Notes: generated by a model from the letters alone, not told the origin. Counted from the whole stretch's first letter, positions 48,747 through 61,826 are shown. The stretch is DNA of 63,932 nt, filler included, from Collodictyon triciliatum (GCA_043381765.1; 9 parts of 9 records of this genome joined end to end with filler, not necessarily neighbours in it); one strand, 5' to 3'. Numbers and translations: made by a program.

Positions 48747-51700
48747 ATTATTTCCAAAATGCAAATGAAGATGTCTGGCATGAAAAATCAGATGCAAGTG
48801 CAGCAGGGTCTCCTCGAGGCTGAGCTTAAAAAGACTGAGTTAGTGGCGTCTGAGCTTACAAATAACCTTGTAAAGGTATCACAAATTATAAACATGCATT
48901 TTCCCCTTATACTACATGCTTCGCATTTCTTTCCCTTTTCCCCCTTCCAAATAGTTCAAATTGTACAATTAAACTCGTGATATGTAGGACATGGAGCTTG
49001 ATAATATGACGCAGAATTGGTTGGCCACCGAGTTTACCAGCCCAGGAAATATCATCATCGAGGACGAAGCCGATGCTGACGAAGGACCCGATTCACCCAC
49101 GGATCAAGAGGCAAACGAAAATAGCTTGAGAGAGGTAAGAATAGCGTAAGCTATTTAATATGCCGCTCTGAGTCTATTGAAATTCCCAACAGTCTCACTG
49201 GTACATACTCTCAACACAACTGAAATCTCATCTGTAATCGGATATATATATGCAAATACATGAGCAAATTCAATTATAAATTCAAATATAATAAAATTGT
49301 AATCATTATCGCAATCATAAACGTATTGTATTTTTTCGTAACATATATTACCCTTTCCTTCTATTCAAACGAAATAATGTGCCTCTGCGCTTTTTTTTTA
49401 TCTCGACCCACAATTTTTTTTTTTTTACTAAGGAATTCTAATCGATATATTTCTATGCAATCATAAATTGGCTTGCGCAAAAATTAGGGGTCTCCCTTGG
49501 ATCCTATCCAGGTTACTTTTTTTTCGATGAAACATTGTTTATAATGTGACGTAAAAACCTACTTCTTCTTTTCTTCATTCCTCAACGCGAGATAAGAAAA
49601 CTACGAATCAGTAATTTTTTAACACATATATCCTGGCATGCAGCACAAAACATACAAACAGAGAAAGAAATGAAACAAAAATGAAACTAAGAACAAAAGC
49701 AAAAATAAACCAAACCAAACCAAACCAAACCAAACCAAACCAAACCAAACCAAACCAAACCAAACCAAACCAAACCAAACCAAACCAAAACAATCATAAT
49801 ATAATTGATGGCAATTATAATGGCTATGAATGTACAAGAGAACAGGCAGAATACAATAAAACACTCTAATTTAAAATTTTGTTTCCTGTTGTTCACGACC
49901 TTGATTCCGCTTCAGGAAAGCTATGGAGAACCAGAAACTGAGCCCAGTTCTAATCGTGATATATCATCCCTTCCCTCGCATTCGTCAAGAATGAATATAT
50001 CTGCGTACGGACTCGAATTGATCTACTAAGAGAATTTTACGCTTGGATACCATCCTTACTATTAGAATTAATTTCGCACTAGTCCATAATAGATTAATAT
50101 TATCCATATAAAACTCATATAGGGAAGATAAACATGCACCTGAAGTATATATTGATGTTACTACTGTTGGCTCATCATCTGAGCAAGGTTTTTCTTTCTT
50201 TTTACCAGTGCAGCTTTAATTTTGTAACATATACCGGACGAGATGAACGATAATTCCGTATCAGATCTTCAGAAAGAGTCATCTCCGGCCAAAGTTCAAG
50301 AAGAAAGAGCCAGTAGATTAGGATTCGTGAAGCAAGCGCGACGAACCAGGTCGATATTTTATTCCAAGCCTGTTGCTGAGAAAATGAATTACTACTAGCT
50401 TTTATTGCATGCCATACACCAATTTATCACGTTTAAGAATATTTACTGGATTCATTATTAATAGTCAAATGGTCTCTTCAACGTCTAAAATGAGGATAAA
50501 ACGTCTTTCGTTATCTTTTTCCTCCGAAATTATACCTCAAATACCTACTGATGTTATGGATGAGTTACGGAACCCTGATTTCGCGTTATCTGTAAAAAGT
50601 CATGATGAATTGAAAAAATGTGTTCTGTATATGATTATGGTAATTCTTGTATTCTGTCATTCAAAGTTACTGCTATTCCTTTTTCTATATTTGCATTAAT
50701 TGTTATTTAAATTGACTAAATATTAACACTGATGATAATAATACAAATAATTATAAAATGAAATAAGAATAAAAATTAATTGTAAACACTTTCCACGACA
50801 GGACTTACAACTCGTTGAAACTTTTATGATACGGCCGACAATAATTAAAAATTTCCTCGATCAATTAGAAATATGGTTTACCCTTAGTCGAAATATTTCC
50901 CACTCAATTCCTCTGAATTGTATTTATTCTGGCTTCAGTATTTTTTTTTTATTCCATAAAGTATTTTGATTATCTGTTCATGACTTCAGTATGAATAAAA
51001 CCATTAATTTTACAGCTACAAGTCAAATCCCTATCACAATTTTAAGCATGCAATTGACGTAACTCAAACCGTATACTACTACCTCATTAAAACTAATGCA
51101 AGGTAAGACCAGCGCCGCCTTATTGGACGATCCTGTTTTAAACCAACACATATACCTCACCAAATGAGAATTACAGTGAAAACTTTATCTGAATATAGGG
51201 ACATTTTGCATCCTATCGATATTTTGGCCCTAATTGTCTCATCTCTGGGCCACGATGTCGGCCATCCTGGCCAGGCACGCAGTTCCATTTGTTTAACCTT
51301 TTTATTGCACATTTCTTTATTTACTTATTTATTCGCAACGATGATTATACCCAAGAATTGACGAAATATCCATCAGAGAATTCCAATCGATACTGATGGT
51401 GCTTTGAAAGTAATTTTCTTTATCTACTTTCGGTGGTCATAATTTAGAATAATGCGTTTCAAATAAATACACAATCGGAGCTGGCTCGGATCTACAATGA
51501 TAACTCTGTACTGGAAAGCTACCACGCAGCGAAGACATTCGAAATCATCAGACTCTACGAATATCCGAAGGAAGACATCGAGAAAGACCCAAGTTTTCAG
51601 CTTTTTTTAATCGTCACAATCTAAGCTTCTTTATTGTTAACCTCCGATAGATTTAGATAATGTGAATGAACGGAACCATCATCCCCCTCTCTAATTGATT

Positions 51701-54587
51701 ACTAATCAATCCATTTCATACTTTCATAGCTCATCTGGTACAATATATCTCCCGAAAAACAAATGGAGATTTTGATCATAATCCAAAGAATACAAATATA
51801 TTTCAATCATTATCGAACAGCCAATTTAAGGAGGTAACCAATTTTTTTGGTATATTAAAAATATGATGGGCATAGAATAGACATGTCTAAATTTTTCCTT
51901 GCTTGTTTTTTCGCCAATTATTCCGCATGATGAATTAAGAGTGATTTCTTCACCAGATCCGAAAGAACATGATAAACATGATACTGTTCACCGATATGTC
52001 AAAGCATTTTGATATGACAGCCAAGCTATCTGGCCTTGCTAAAATCGTACGTGAAGAAATAAATAGCTCTTCTCTTCCCCTTTTTCTGTGTCCTGCTTCT
52101 TGAAAGCTTGACGGAAGAAGCACAATAATACGCATGCTCTATGAAAATTGCTCACTACTTATACCGGGCTACTTCAGGCTGAAGCAGATGGAGCTCTCTT
52201 ATCATCGGAGAGGAGGGAAGATAGGTGGTCTATTTATGACATATGCATTCAGAGCTACGCAGTTATAGCTCATACTATACACGAAAGACCGATTATCAAC
52301 ATTCGATTATCATTTCTAGGAATTAACTAAAAAAAATAATTTTTTTTTTATCTTATGCCTGTCATTTTTCAATACCTAGAGAGTTCTTATGTTCCGTCCT
52401 ACTTCACTGCGCAGACATTTCAAACGTGACAAAGAAATTTGACATCAGCAAATACTGGGCAGACTGCCTCCGAGACGAATTCTACCAGCAGGTATACTTT
52501 CACATCTATATCGATTCCCTGTCAGTTTTGGTTTACTTCCATGCAAGCTTATACGTTTGATAATCCAAAAATTCTTTGAAATGATGATTTAAGGGGGACA
52601 TGGAAAAACTGTATGGATTTCCCGTATCTCCCTACATGGACAGAGAGGATTCGAATCAAGTGTGTTTTTTTTTTCCCGAGCCCTCCCGGTTGCTCGCTTC
52701 TTAAATCTCCAATTTAGCTGACTTACATTTGTATTCTATATTATACTAGTACTCTTACTCAAATGCCTATTTTATTTTTCATTTTTACTGCTATTCAAGT
52801 ATTCAAAGCTATGATGGGATTTATTTCAAATAATATACCTTCTCCTTGTATTGATTCTTATGAATATCAAGAGATATTTATTCACCAATATAACAAAGAA
52901 TAATGACAAGAAATTAAAAAAATTGGAAAACGAAAACATCATCTTTATACGCGAAGATGTTAAAGGGACTACATTTAAACGAAAATAGGCGCGAACCACA
53001 TTAAACTTCATCGACTTTGTTGCCACTCCGTTGTTTTCTTCTCTATCCATCATATTGCGGGGATTGGAGGAAGTGAGCTCGACGCTCATGCACAACAGAC
53101 AGCGTTGGCAGGATGTTCTTGAACTGCAACTATCAGAGCCGACAGAAAGCCAAGCAGTTCATGTGCATGTTGCAGGCGAGAGTGGAGACCGGAAACAGAC
53201 AGAAGTAATGAATTCTGTGTCAATTACAGTCTCTGATTCTTTACCCGCAGTGGTAGTCAATTCTCCAAGAAACAGCGAAACACTAGCAAGCGAGCATCAT
53301 CAACAGATCCCTAACAAGGCGCAATCAAAACTTCTCGACACAAGAGGTTATTGGTCGTTCGTCAAGATCATGTTTTATACTTTCCATATGTTTGTGTCAT
53401 TTCGGATCACATTGCATTTTTTTTTTCATTTATCTTGCTTTCATTTAAAATTGCAGAATTTGAAAAGCAAGCATACAGAAGACGCAGTGTCTTAGTAATG
53501 CAGAAAGTTAATGAAGTAAGTCGTTGTTTTTCTTTTAGAAAAGAAGTGCTTTTATTTTAGCATTTAGTCTCGGTAAAGGGAATACCATTTACCATTAATT
53601 CTACCTCAACTTCTGTGACAAACATAGTGGTCATCTTCCCGAAAAAAACGAAACCCCCAAAAAACCCCAAAAAACCCCAAAAAACCACCTGATAATCCCC
53701 CCAAAAAAACAGGCTGACGAAGCTGCTAAGCGGATATCGACAAGGAGTAGCTTGTCGAAACCATCAGACAGCACATTACTCCCAATCTCCCCTCTGATAA
53801 CGATGATGGCTGGAAAATTTCAGAGTGTAAACGAAACAGATGAACATAAGCCGATAATAACAATACCAATAGTTCACAGGTAAGCCTTTCAGAGACATTT
53901 TATTAAGCAGATTTTTTTAAACGTAACTATTTTGGACATTCTACTGTTCATTTGCTATTATTTTACATAAATGTCAACCAACATTTAAAATCATATATTT
54001 TGTTCATTTCTTCACGATTGCGGAAACCGGTTTATAGGGAAAAATCAGTAAGTTATTTACTTCATCTGTAAAAATGATATTTACGCATTCTTGACTTTTA
54101 TTTTAATATTGGGCTCTACTCACATATCGTTGGATATAGATGAGTGAGCCCTCTGAGGGGATAGTCATCCATATTCCAAGGTTTCAATTGCAATTTCAAA
54201 CGATTACATAATGAGAGATTGGGAAAGGAAAAATTCACAAAATGAGTTTATTATGCTCTTTGTAAACCATGCTGAAATGCACCCTTCTAAATATCACATA
54301 AAATGTAACTTGACAATATGCCTTCGTATACGTCATTTTGTGAGATAATTATTTCATTTCTGATTTATTTGCAGTATGAAGGTATCCAGTGAGGCCCCCC
54401 ATGAGGTAAGGTCCTCAGTTTGTTATCAGATTGTACCATCTTCAATTGTGTCTAAATGTCTCTCTCTCTCTCTTTTTTTTTTTTATTTTCCCACGAAAAA
54501 AAGAGTCATATTCAGCATGATAATCAGCACCAGGGACACACTGACCAACCTAGAGAATTGAGCGGGTTTGAAATCATAACTTGGTGA
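48747..54587 (+). CDS. Class I 3',5'-cyclic nucleotide phosphodiesterase, 5' partial; 3' end tentative
   Basis: NPYHNFKHAIDVTQ, HDVGHPGQ|NNAF...YNDNSVLESYH, ILFTDMSKH, LHCADISN, EFYQQ|GDMEK, FIDFVATPLF. Confidence 0.93.
49706..49788. repeat. (AAACC)n intronic microsatellite
   Basis: Seen directly. Confidence 0.95.
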
Positions 54588-54677
54588 AAAATGAAATCTG
54601 TTCTGTTCAACTATTTGAAGTTTATCTCAGATATACCAGTTTTTGCCAGTTTCTGTAGTCACCACAGCAAATGGGTG

Positions 54678-54719
<42 letters not shown>

Positions 54720-55345
54720 TATTTTTTAATAAAAAAAAAAAAAAATAAACCAAAACCAAAATTCTCCCCCCATTGTCCATAACCAAGGACAGGTTGCACA
54801 CACTCCCACGGTTAGTAGCTGCGTCGGTTGATATCTTTTCGAAAGACCGTTCCCAAAACTAATTAGTCGTGCAATTAAAACCGTATCCCAACATCTAGAT
54901 TTTGCAATCAAATAAAATACAATAAAATACCCACCAGACCAAAAAAGTGATTGAGCCTCCGCCACACGCCGCAAACAAGATCACATTCCCGACAAATCCT
55001 GCAGGCAGCGGCATGAGGTATGTGGATATATGGTAGCAACTTTCACCTATCGTGTGATGCTTGGATGATAGCACGCATGGAGCTAATGGAGAGGGGACAA
55101 TTGCCGTGCAGAGGGCATAGGGGCTTTGGAAATGCTGGAACCTCCGGGGCGCTTTCCACGGTGGGGAATTCTATGCATGGTAGAAAGTTGGACCGAGCTG
55201 GACATGCACCAAGCGCACCAGCTTCATTTGATGCAACCATCGTAAACTCGTCATCACTCCACAACGGCGGGCCTGCAACTATGGTCATCTCTTTAAACGG
55301 CTCCACGAAGAACAGGACCGCAAAGCACAAAGGTAATTGATGGAC

Positions 55346-55525
55346 GAAAAGAAAAGAAAAGAAAAGAAAAGAAAAGAAAAGAAAAGAAAAGAAAAGAAAA
55401 GAAAAGAAAAGAAAAGAAAAGAAAAGAAAAGAAAAGAAAAGAAAAAGAAAAGAAAAGAAAAAGAAAAGAAAAGAAAAGAAAAAGAAAAGAAAAAGAAAAG
55501 AAAAAGAAAAGAAAAGAAAAAGAAA
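55346..55525. repeat. (GAAAA)n microsatellite
   Basis: Seen directly. Confidence 0.95.
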
Positions 55526-56180
55526 AGGGAAAAGGAAAGGGAAAGTGAAACTCGTCTATCTTGATATTGGGTCGATGTGGGTGTAAATGCCTGATTGACA
55601 AGTGCCATGCATCCAGAGTCCGAGAGCTCCTTTGCCGACGTAGGGCAGCAAGGTGGCACGCTTGTTGGAAGCAGCAGCAGCGGCTCACAGAACAGTCACT
55701 CCACAGGCAGTCGCAAGTTTTTTGACAAAAGGTGCGTCGCTGAAACTCCTCCACTACCAATATATTGTCCGTCTTATTTCTTCCTTCATTCCTTCCTTCT
55801 TTTTTTTTTTATATACTTTTATTTATTTGTTGATTTCTTGGTGGTTCTTTACCGATGCAAAACACCCTGGAATTTTTGATGGCCGATTTCCAACTCTTTT
55901 CTTTTTCTTAAACACGTATGTGTGAACTTGTCTCAACTCCAAAAGCGACGAGAGTGGAAACCCAAACGGAGTCACCCTCCCGCCGCTGAGAAATGTCCAA
56001 GTCCGGCGCAGCGGGCATAATTCCTTGTATTAGTAAAGACTGTCCGCCAGCATTTCCTCGTCTAATAAACCGCTTCATCCTCAGAATTAAAAAAAAAAAA
56101 ATGAGTGAAGAATGAACCAGTGATTGCAAGAGGAAGATAGCCACCAAGAAGTTGTGCGAGAGCCAAAAAGCGAATGCGGT

Positions 56181-56253
56181 TGCTCACAGCAGGGATCGAA
56201 CCTACGACCTTGGCGTTATTAGCACCACGCTCTACCAACTAAGCTATGCGAGC
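56181..56253 (-). tRNA. tRNA-Ile(AAT), identical to 31539-31611
   Basis: Exact reverse complement of the first copy, followed by a T-run on the minus strand. Confidence 0.97.
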
Positions 56254-56712
56254 TTCCTCGTATCAATTCGAAAAATATATGTATATAAAACCATATTATA
56301 GTTACTGTGCTATTCGCTGGCCAAACCGCTAATCTGCCAAACTGCCAAACTGCCAAACGGCCGACTTCTCCTGCATAAGCGAGCGCACAGGCACCGCAAC
56401 TGTTGGCCGTCCCTGCACACATATTATCTTGTCTGATCACAACAACAATTCGCAAGCTGTATTCCCCAAATAACAACCCCTTGCTACTGCCAACACCTTC
56501 ACCATCCTGCACAAAATTGAAAGGAAGAATAAAAAAAAAAANNNNNNNNNNNNNNNNNNNNNNNNNNNNNNNNNNNNNNNNNNNNTTAATTAATTAANNN
56601 NNNNNNNNNNNNNNNNNNNNNNNNNNNNNNNNNNNNNNNNNAAAAAAAAAAAAACAAAAAAAAAAGAATTAAAAATTTATATAAACAAAAAAAAAAAAAC
56701 AAAAACCCTATT

Positions 56713-56745
<33 letters not shown>

Positions 56746-56865
56746 GGCTGTTAGGTCTTTCCAGGCAGCCTTCACCACTACACGACCTCTGTGAAAAAAA
56801 GTGGCGAGGCCTTGAATACTGGCGAACCAGGTTTACCAATCGAAAGAATGGTATACTCCTTCTAG
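56746..56865 (+). ncRNA. Putative Fanzor omegaRNA scaffold / element right end, copy 2
   Basis: Homologous to 38581-38699; ends in a hairpin, then TACTCCTTCTAG, then T. Confidence 0.65.
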
Positions 56866-57191
56866 TACACAATATAAAAGTTTGTAAGAGGTGTGGCACA
56901 GGCGGTTATCTAGACTTGACACGAACACCTCGCGCTCCCTTCAGTACCTTTTCCTATTTCCAGAGTCTTTTAAGGAGGGCAAATGCGGGGGCTTCGCACA
57001 TGGGGGATTTATTCTCGAGGGGCTGAACAAAGAGGGCCTCATGTAGGTCGACCGAAGGAGAAAGAACTAGGAGCCGCAGCCTGTAAAGGATCTTTGGAGA
57101 GAGCGACGGGAGGAGATAACAGCAACTGTCTCTTGAAAGAGGGCCTCTTATTCTCCATGGCCGAATGTGCCGTGGCCGTTGCTAGAATGAT

Positions 57192-58020
57192 TTAGACGGC
57201 TGCGGCTGCTGCGGTGGCTGCGCCACCTTTGAAGTTACGGAAAAACTCCATGAAGGAGACAATCACCATAAAGACAAAGGCAGCAATCATGATGTTCGTG
57301 GTATCTCCGAGTTTGACACTGCACCCAGCCTAGAGGAAGGAAAAGAGGGAGCAGGAGACGGAGGGAAAAAAAAAAACGGTGAATGAGGTAAGCTTATGTG
57401 CACTAGTAAAAGGCAGCGAGTTGCACGGGCCACGAAAGAATGAATCGTTGGGGGGCAGAAAAAAAGCACACACCCCGAAGAGGTCATCCAAAACATCATG
57501 CCCATTGGCAGTCCAGGAGGCAAACGAGATCAGCAGAGTTAGGCAGACTGCAGCCAGCAGCCCCATGTTGATTTTTCGGTACTGCTCTTGTCCCTGGGTT
57601 GAAGAGCGATCAAGGGAGGCAGAGATAAGACATGCGTGGAGGCCCGTTAGAACGTTGTGCAGAAGGTCAGGAGAGGTTCAAGCAAGGAAGGGTGCAGACA
57701 GAAGAGCGTTCACTTACTCGGAACGTGACAAGGAAGCTCAGGGCGATGATGGCAACCAACAAGAAAATGGTCAGGATCCCGAAGGCCAGCGCGGCCTGGC
57801 CGCTAGAGTTGAGAGTATTGCAGTCGTCCAGGTTGCAGTCAGAGTACTTGAAGTTTCCGGTGTGTGCCTTCTTCCAGCCGTACTCAACCTCGGAGCCGCC
57901 ACAGGACACCAGTGTCCAGATGTCCACGCCAAGGCCGATCACAATGATGAAGAGGAAGAGCGAGGACATTGCGAGAGGAAGCGCGGGCAGAGCGCGCTGG
58001 ACAGCAGCGGGAAGGGCCAT
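57192..58020 (-). CDS. Four-transmembrane claudin/PMP22-like protein, 3 exons
   Basis: ATG 58020; four hydrophobic segments; loop 1 W...YGWK...C-x4-C; in-phase junctions FR|GQE and FG|AGC; stop 57192-57194. Confidence 0.75.
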
Positions 58021-58768
58021 ATTCTGTGTACTGCGTAGCAAGCAAGAGTGATCGGTCACCAGCTGAAGACAAAGCACAAAAGTCCAAGGAAAAAGAAANN
58101 NNNNNNNNNNNNNNNNNNNNNNNNNNNNNNNNNNNNNNNNNNNNNNNNNNNNNNNNNNNNNNNNNNNNNNNNNNNNNNNNNNNNNNNNNNNNNNNNNNNN
58201 NNNNNNNNNNNNNNNNNNNNNNNNNNNNNNNNNNNNNNNNNNNNNNNNNNNNNNNNNNNNNNNNNNNNNNNNNNNNNNNNNNNNNNNNNNNNNNNNNNNN
58301 NNNNNNNNNNNNNNNNNNNNNNNNNNNNNNNNNNNNNNNNNNNNNNNNNNNNNNNNNNNNNNNNNNNNNNNNNNNNNNNNNNNNNNNNNNNNNNNNNNNN
58401 NNNNNNNNNNNNNNNNNNNNNNNNNNNNNNNNNNNNNNNNNNNNNNNNNNNNNNNNNNCACGGATTCGCTCGAGTGTCTTTGCGTGAATGAGACTGCGCG
58501 GCCAAATTTTCCTTAAATTGCCTGCCAGATCTGATGTTAACTTTGTAATTATGGGTGCTCAGCTTGGGAATATGCTATGTCAAAATCCAGAAAAAGGTAT
58601 GAATGGATGCATCTCGTGGGGGTTTGGGTGGCGGTGGTTGTTTTTTGTTTTTTTTTCTTTACTCTATTTTATTCTTTTTCCAATTTGCTCGACAAGAGGG
58701 TTCGGCTTCGGTGGCGAAGGGTGTGATTGAAGAAAAAGATTTGCATGCAATTATCGAACTTATTTATT

Positions 58769-58820
<52 letters not shown>

Positions 58821-58982
58821 ATAATCCCTTACTGCCGATGACGGGTATTCGAGAGCGGTTATCTGGAAGGGAATGGGGTTGGTTTTCGCACTTATCTCCA
58901 GCCTTAGGTAAGCAGAACGTTTTGTATTCAATCACTACTGGTGCATTAAGAAAGTGGCACATATAAATGGATGTCGCAAAAA

Positions 58983-59379
58983 TTATTTATTTGCATTTCG
59001 CAATGCCAGAGCAGCCATTTCTTTTGTCTTGCTGTCGATATCTTGTTGTATAAACCATTCCAGAGTCGGCACAATATCACACCGAAGTATAACTGGACGT
59101 GAGCGGTCTTTTGAGGCATACATAAGTGGAAGAAAGGAAAATAAAAATAAGTATCTGTCAGCAGTTTAGAGTTCATGTCCACCTTAAGTTACGATTTTCT
59201 GTTGAGTCCCAAAGATTTCATCCATTTAATATCTTGGTCGAATATGTTACCACAATCAGACATGTTTGCCAAACACATGACAGAAAGGTGGTGAATCCGT
59301 GGGAATTGCTCGTCGGTCTGGACCAATTCCGAAAGCAAGGGTATCATACCAAGGGACGAAAGCTCAGTACAGACATCAT
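58983..59379 (-). CDS. Armadillo-repeat-like protein, last two exons (copy 1)
   Basis: Exons 59379-59251 (DVCTELSSLGMIPLLSELV...LSVMCLANMS) and 59107-58983 (VILRCDIVPTLEWF...KEMAALALRNANK*). Confidence 0.6.
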
Positions 59380-60131
59380 CTATGTTGAAAGATATTGTCT
59401 ATTATTATGTTATGGTCTATAAGATACCGTAGATTTATTAATATAGGTAGTGTCTTTATCGAGATACATAATCTTACCTTACCAATTGCAATAGCAAAAA
59501 NNNNNNNNNNNNNNNNNNNNNNNNNNNNNNNNNNNNNNNNNNNNNNNNNNNNNNNNNNNCTTTCAATTTTGTGCAAGATGGTGATGTTGGCTTTGGTTAG
59601 CTACATCGTTCCTTTTTCTTCTTTTGATTTTTCTGCTCGTTTATTTTACCCACTACTTCTCTTCTTTTTTTTCTTTTCACCTTTCTGCGGGTACAAGTCT
59701 GAGGCTGTTCCTATCTTTCATTAATTATTTTTCTTATTTTCATCAGTTGGATCATCTCGTATCGTAACGTATTGTATTTTATTGTCCTTTTGTTTTTGTT
59801 TTCTCCTTCTTTTTTGTCTGCCTATACTTCTGGTGTAATCATAGTTCTCTTTGTTTCGCTTTTAACTGAAAGTCACGACCCCTATTATTTTTGTTTCCTT
59901 CTGAATCCCTTTTGTTTTATCAGCTCGTAATAATTGCCAAGGCCTACAACTGAACACCTTTAAGTTAACTCACTTTTTCTTCTTTTTTTTTACACCCCTT
60001 GTCTAATAATACGTGCTTTAATGAAATCTCGTGGGTCGAAAATACCTCGAAAGAACATAAACTCGAATTACCAAAACAGTTTAGTTTTTCTTTTAGTAAC
60101 TAAAGTTCATCGCAAAGTATCTCATAGTGGC

Positions 60132-61826
60132 ATGGACGCACAGTGGCTAAGTCGTGTTGCTGGCTCCCACGCCATACGTTACTTGGAAGAACAGCACCAA
60201 ATACCCCTATGGTCTGAAAGTGGAGCTAATGTGCTTTCACTTTGGTCGGTCTTGTTTGTTGAGAGTTTCTTCTCTGCCTTATTTGCTCTGATCCCTATCA
60301 CAATATTTTACATTCCCGCTTTGATGATGCCACCAGACGAGCTGAATCAAGTGGTGGATCTAATTTATGTCATTCTGTCAAATGCAATCATGCATATATG
60401 CTATGCTGTATTTATATGTTTAATCATGAGGCACTTATTCGGACCACGAATCACAGCTATAGTTGCATGCAGGTTTTTTATTCCAATTCTCTTCCTTGCT
60501 GTCGCTCTCTCTTTGCCAATCGTGTTTAAAAAGAAAATGCGACTTTGGATACAAAGGTCTCTATTTGCAGGTTACCTTCTTACATTCGGATACGTGCACA
60601 AAAACGCTAACAAACTACTACCCCTGGCGGACTGTGAAATGCACCGCAAACTCCTACTTGATGGTACAGCTATAGCTGTTTGTAAAGCATTCATCGGCTG
60701 TGTAATCGTATACAATCTAACCGTGCTAGTATATCCGATTTATGTTGTCTCAGGGATCTATTTTCAACTCATCTTGCGTTTGGTGTTTATGAGCTTCATA
60801 TTTTTTGTTGCTGATTTTATCCAGATATACTGTTTGATTGGTCTGCCCTCCGAATACATGCAAAAGAGAATGGATATTGTTTCGATTGTCAATTCATACG
60901 CCCGCCTTAACGGGAGGCTTATGATTGGAATAGTTGACAAAGATAACTACGAGCGTAATATGACTTTGATGTGTATTGGTCTCCTTTTAGTCGATGTTTT
61001 CAACCGCTCGACCTATAACATTCGCTATCATACCGCTGTGCAATTCATATCATGGTGGAAAGCTTCGGAGATCTCGCATTCAACTATTTTCAGTCGCGTT
61101 GTAGACTTTATCCGAGCGCCTTTCAAACGATTTGCAAGCTCATACAGCGAGAAGACGCACAACCCAAGCTCCTTATCTGGTCATACAAAGAAGCAAGTGC
61201 AAACTGTACAAGTGGAGCAATCGCATGGCATGCAAGATATCCACAAGATACATGTTCGAGAAGTCGAGAATAGTGATGAAGAGAACACCCGTGCTATGAG
61301 CACCAGCAACCAAGGACATGAAAGAAATGCAGTTAGGGACAATGAAGTAGATGAAGGTCAAGCGAGCGGAGCTAGGCATCAAGATAGAAAAACGGGTAAT
61401 ATAATAGTCGAGAATGACAAGAAGGAGGAGGACGCGGATGATGCACCATTCGCACTACCCAGTCCACTACGAGAGATGCGAGTCAAGCAAATTACTGATA
61501 ACGTTGCATCGGAGATTCGAGTTGCTATTCTAATATCCTTCTTTTTGTTTTTCATGCATCGTTTGTTCCCGCCAGACATATTGTACACACCCTCAACCTT
61601 TGTAGAATGTTTTTATTTACTAGGAATCCAAGTGATATTCGAATTTCTATCCGACCTTATATCGTTCTACATCGAGATATACTACTACAAACTACCTTTG
61701 GACGTGTCATATGACAATTTTAAAAATTCCTCTGCTATGACATTTACATTCTCTTTGTTCTCTGTGATTGGGTTTCAGTCGTACATCTCTTTCCTTGTCA
61801 ACTACCACTACTACGTCGAAGACTGA
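60132..61826 (+). CDS. Intronless multi-pass membrane protein of unknown family
   Basis: ORF 60021-61826; likely start MDAQW at 60132; many hydrophobic segments around a long charged loop. Confidence 0.75.
   Translation: MDAQWLSRVAGSHAIRYLEEQHQIPLWSESGANVLSLWSVLFVESFFSALFALIPITIFYIPALMMPPDELNQVVDLIYVILSNAIMHICYAVFICLIMRHLFGPRITAIVACRFFIPILFLAVALSLPIVFKKKMRLWIQRSLFAGYLLTFGYVHKNANKLLPLADCEMHRKLLLDGTAIAVCKAFIGCVIVYNLTVLVYPIYVVSGIYFQLILRLVFMSFIFFVADFIQIYCLIGLPSEYMQKRMDIVSIVNSYARLNGRLMIGIVDKDNYERNMTLMCIGLLLVDVFNRSTYNIRYHTAVQFISWWKASEISHSTIFSRVVDFIRAPFKRFASSYSEKTHNPSSLSGHTKKQVQTVQVEQSHGMQDIHKIHVREVENSDEENTRAMSTSNQGHERNAVRDNEVDEGQASGARHQDRKTGNIIVENDKKEEDADDAPFALPSPLREMRVKQITDNVASEIRVAILISFFLFFMHRLFPPDILYTPSTFVECFYLLGIQVIFEFLSDLISFYIEIYYYKLPLDVSYDNFKNSSAMTFTFSLFSVIGFQSYISFLVNYHYYVED

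Noticed and set aside
53703-53716. AAAAAAACAGGCTG matching the start of omegaRNA copy 1
   Set aside because: The match ends after GGCTG and coincides with a PDE splice acceptor
55043-56018. Possible minus-strand gene next to tRNA-Ile
   Set aside because: No consistent exon chain or motif found
56181-56865. tRNA-driven expression of omegaRNA copy 2
   Set aside because: They lie on different contigs and opposite strands
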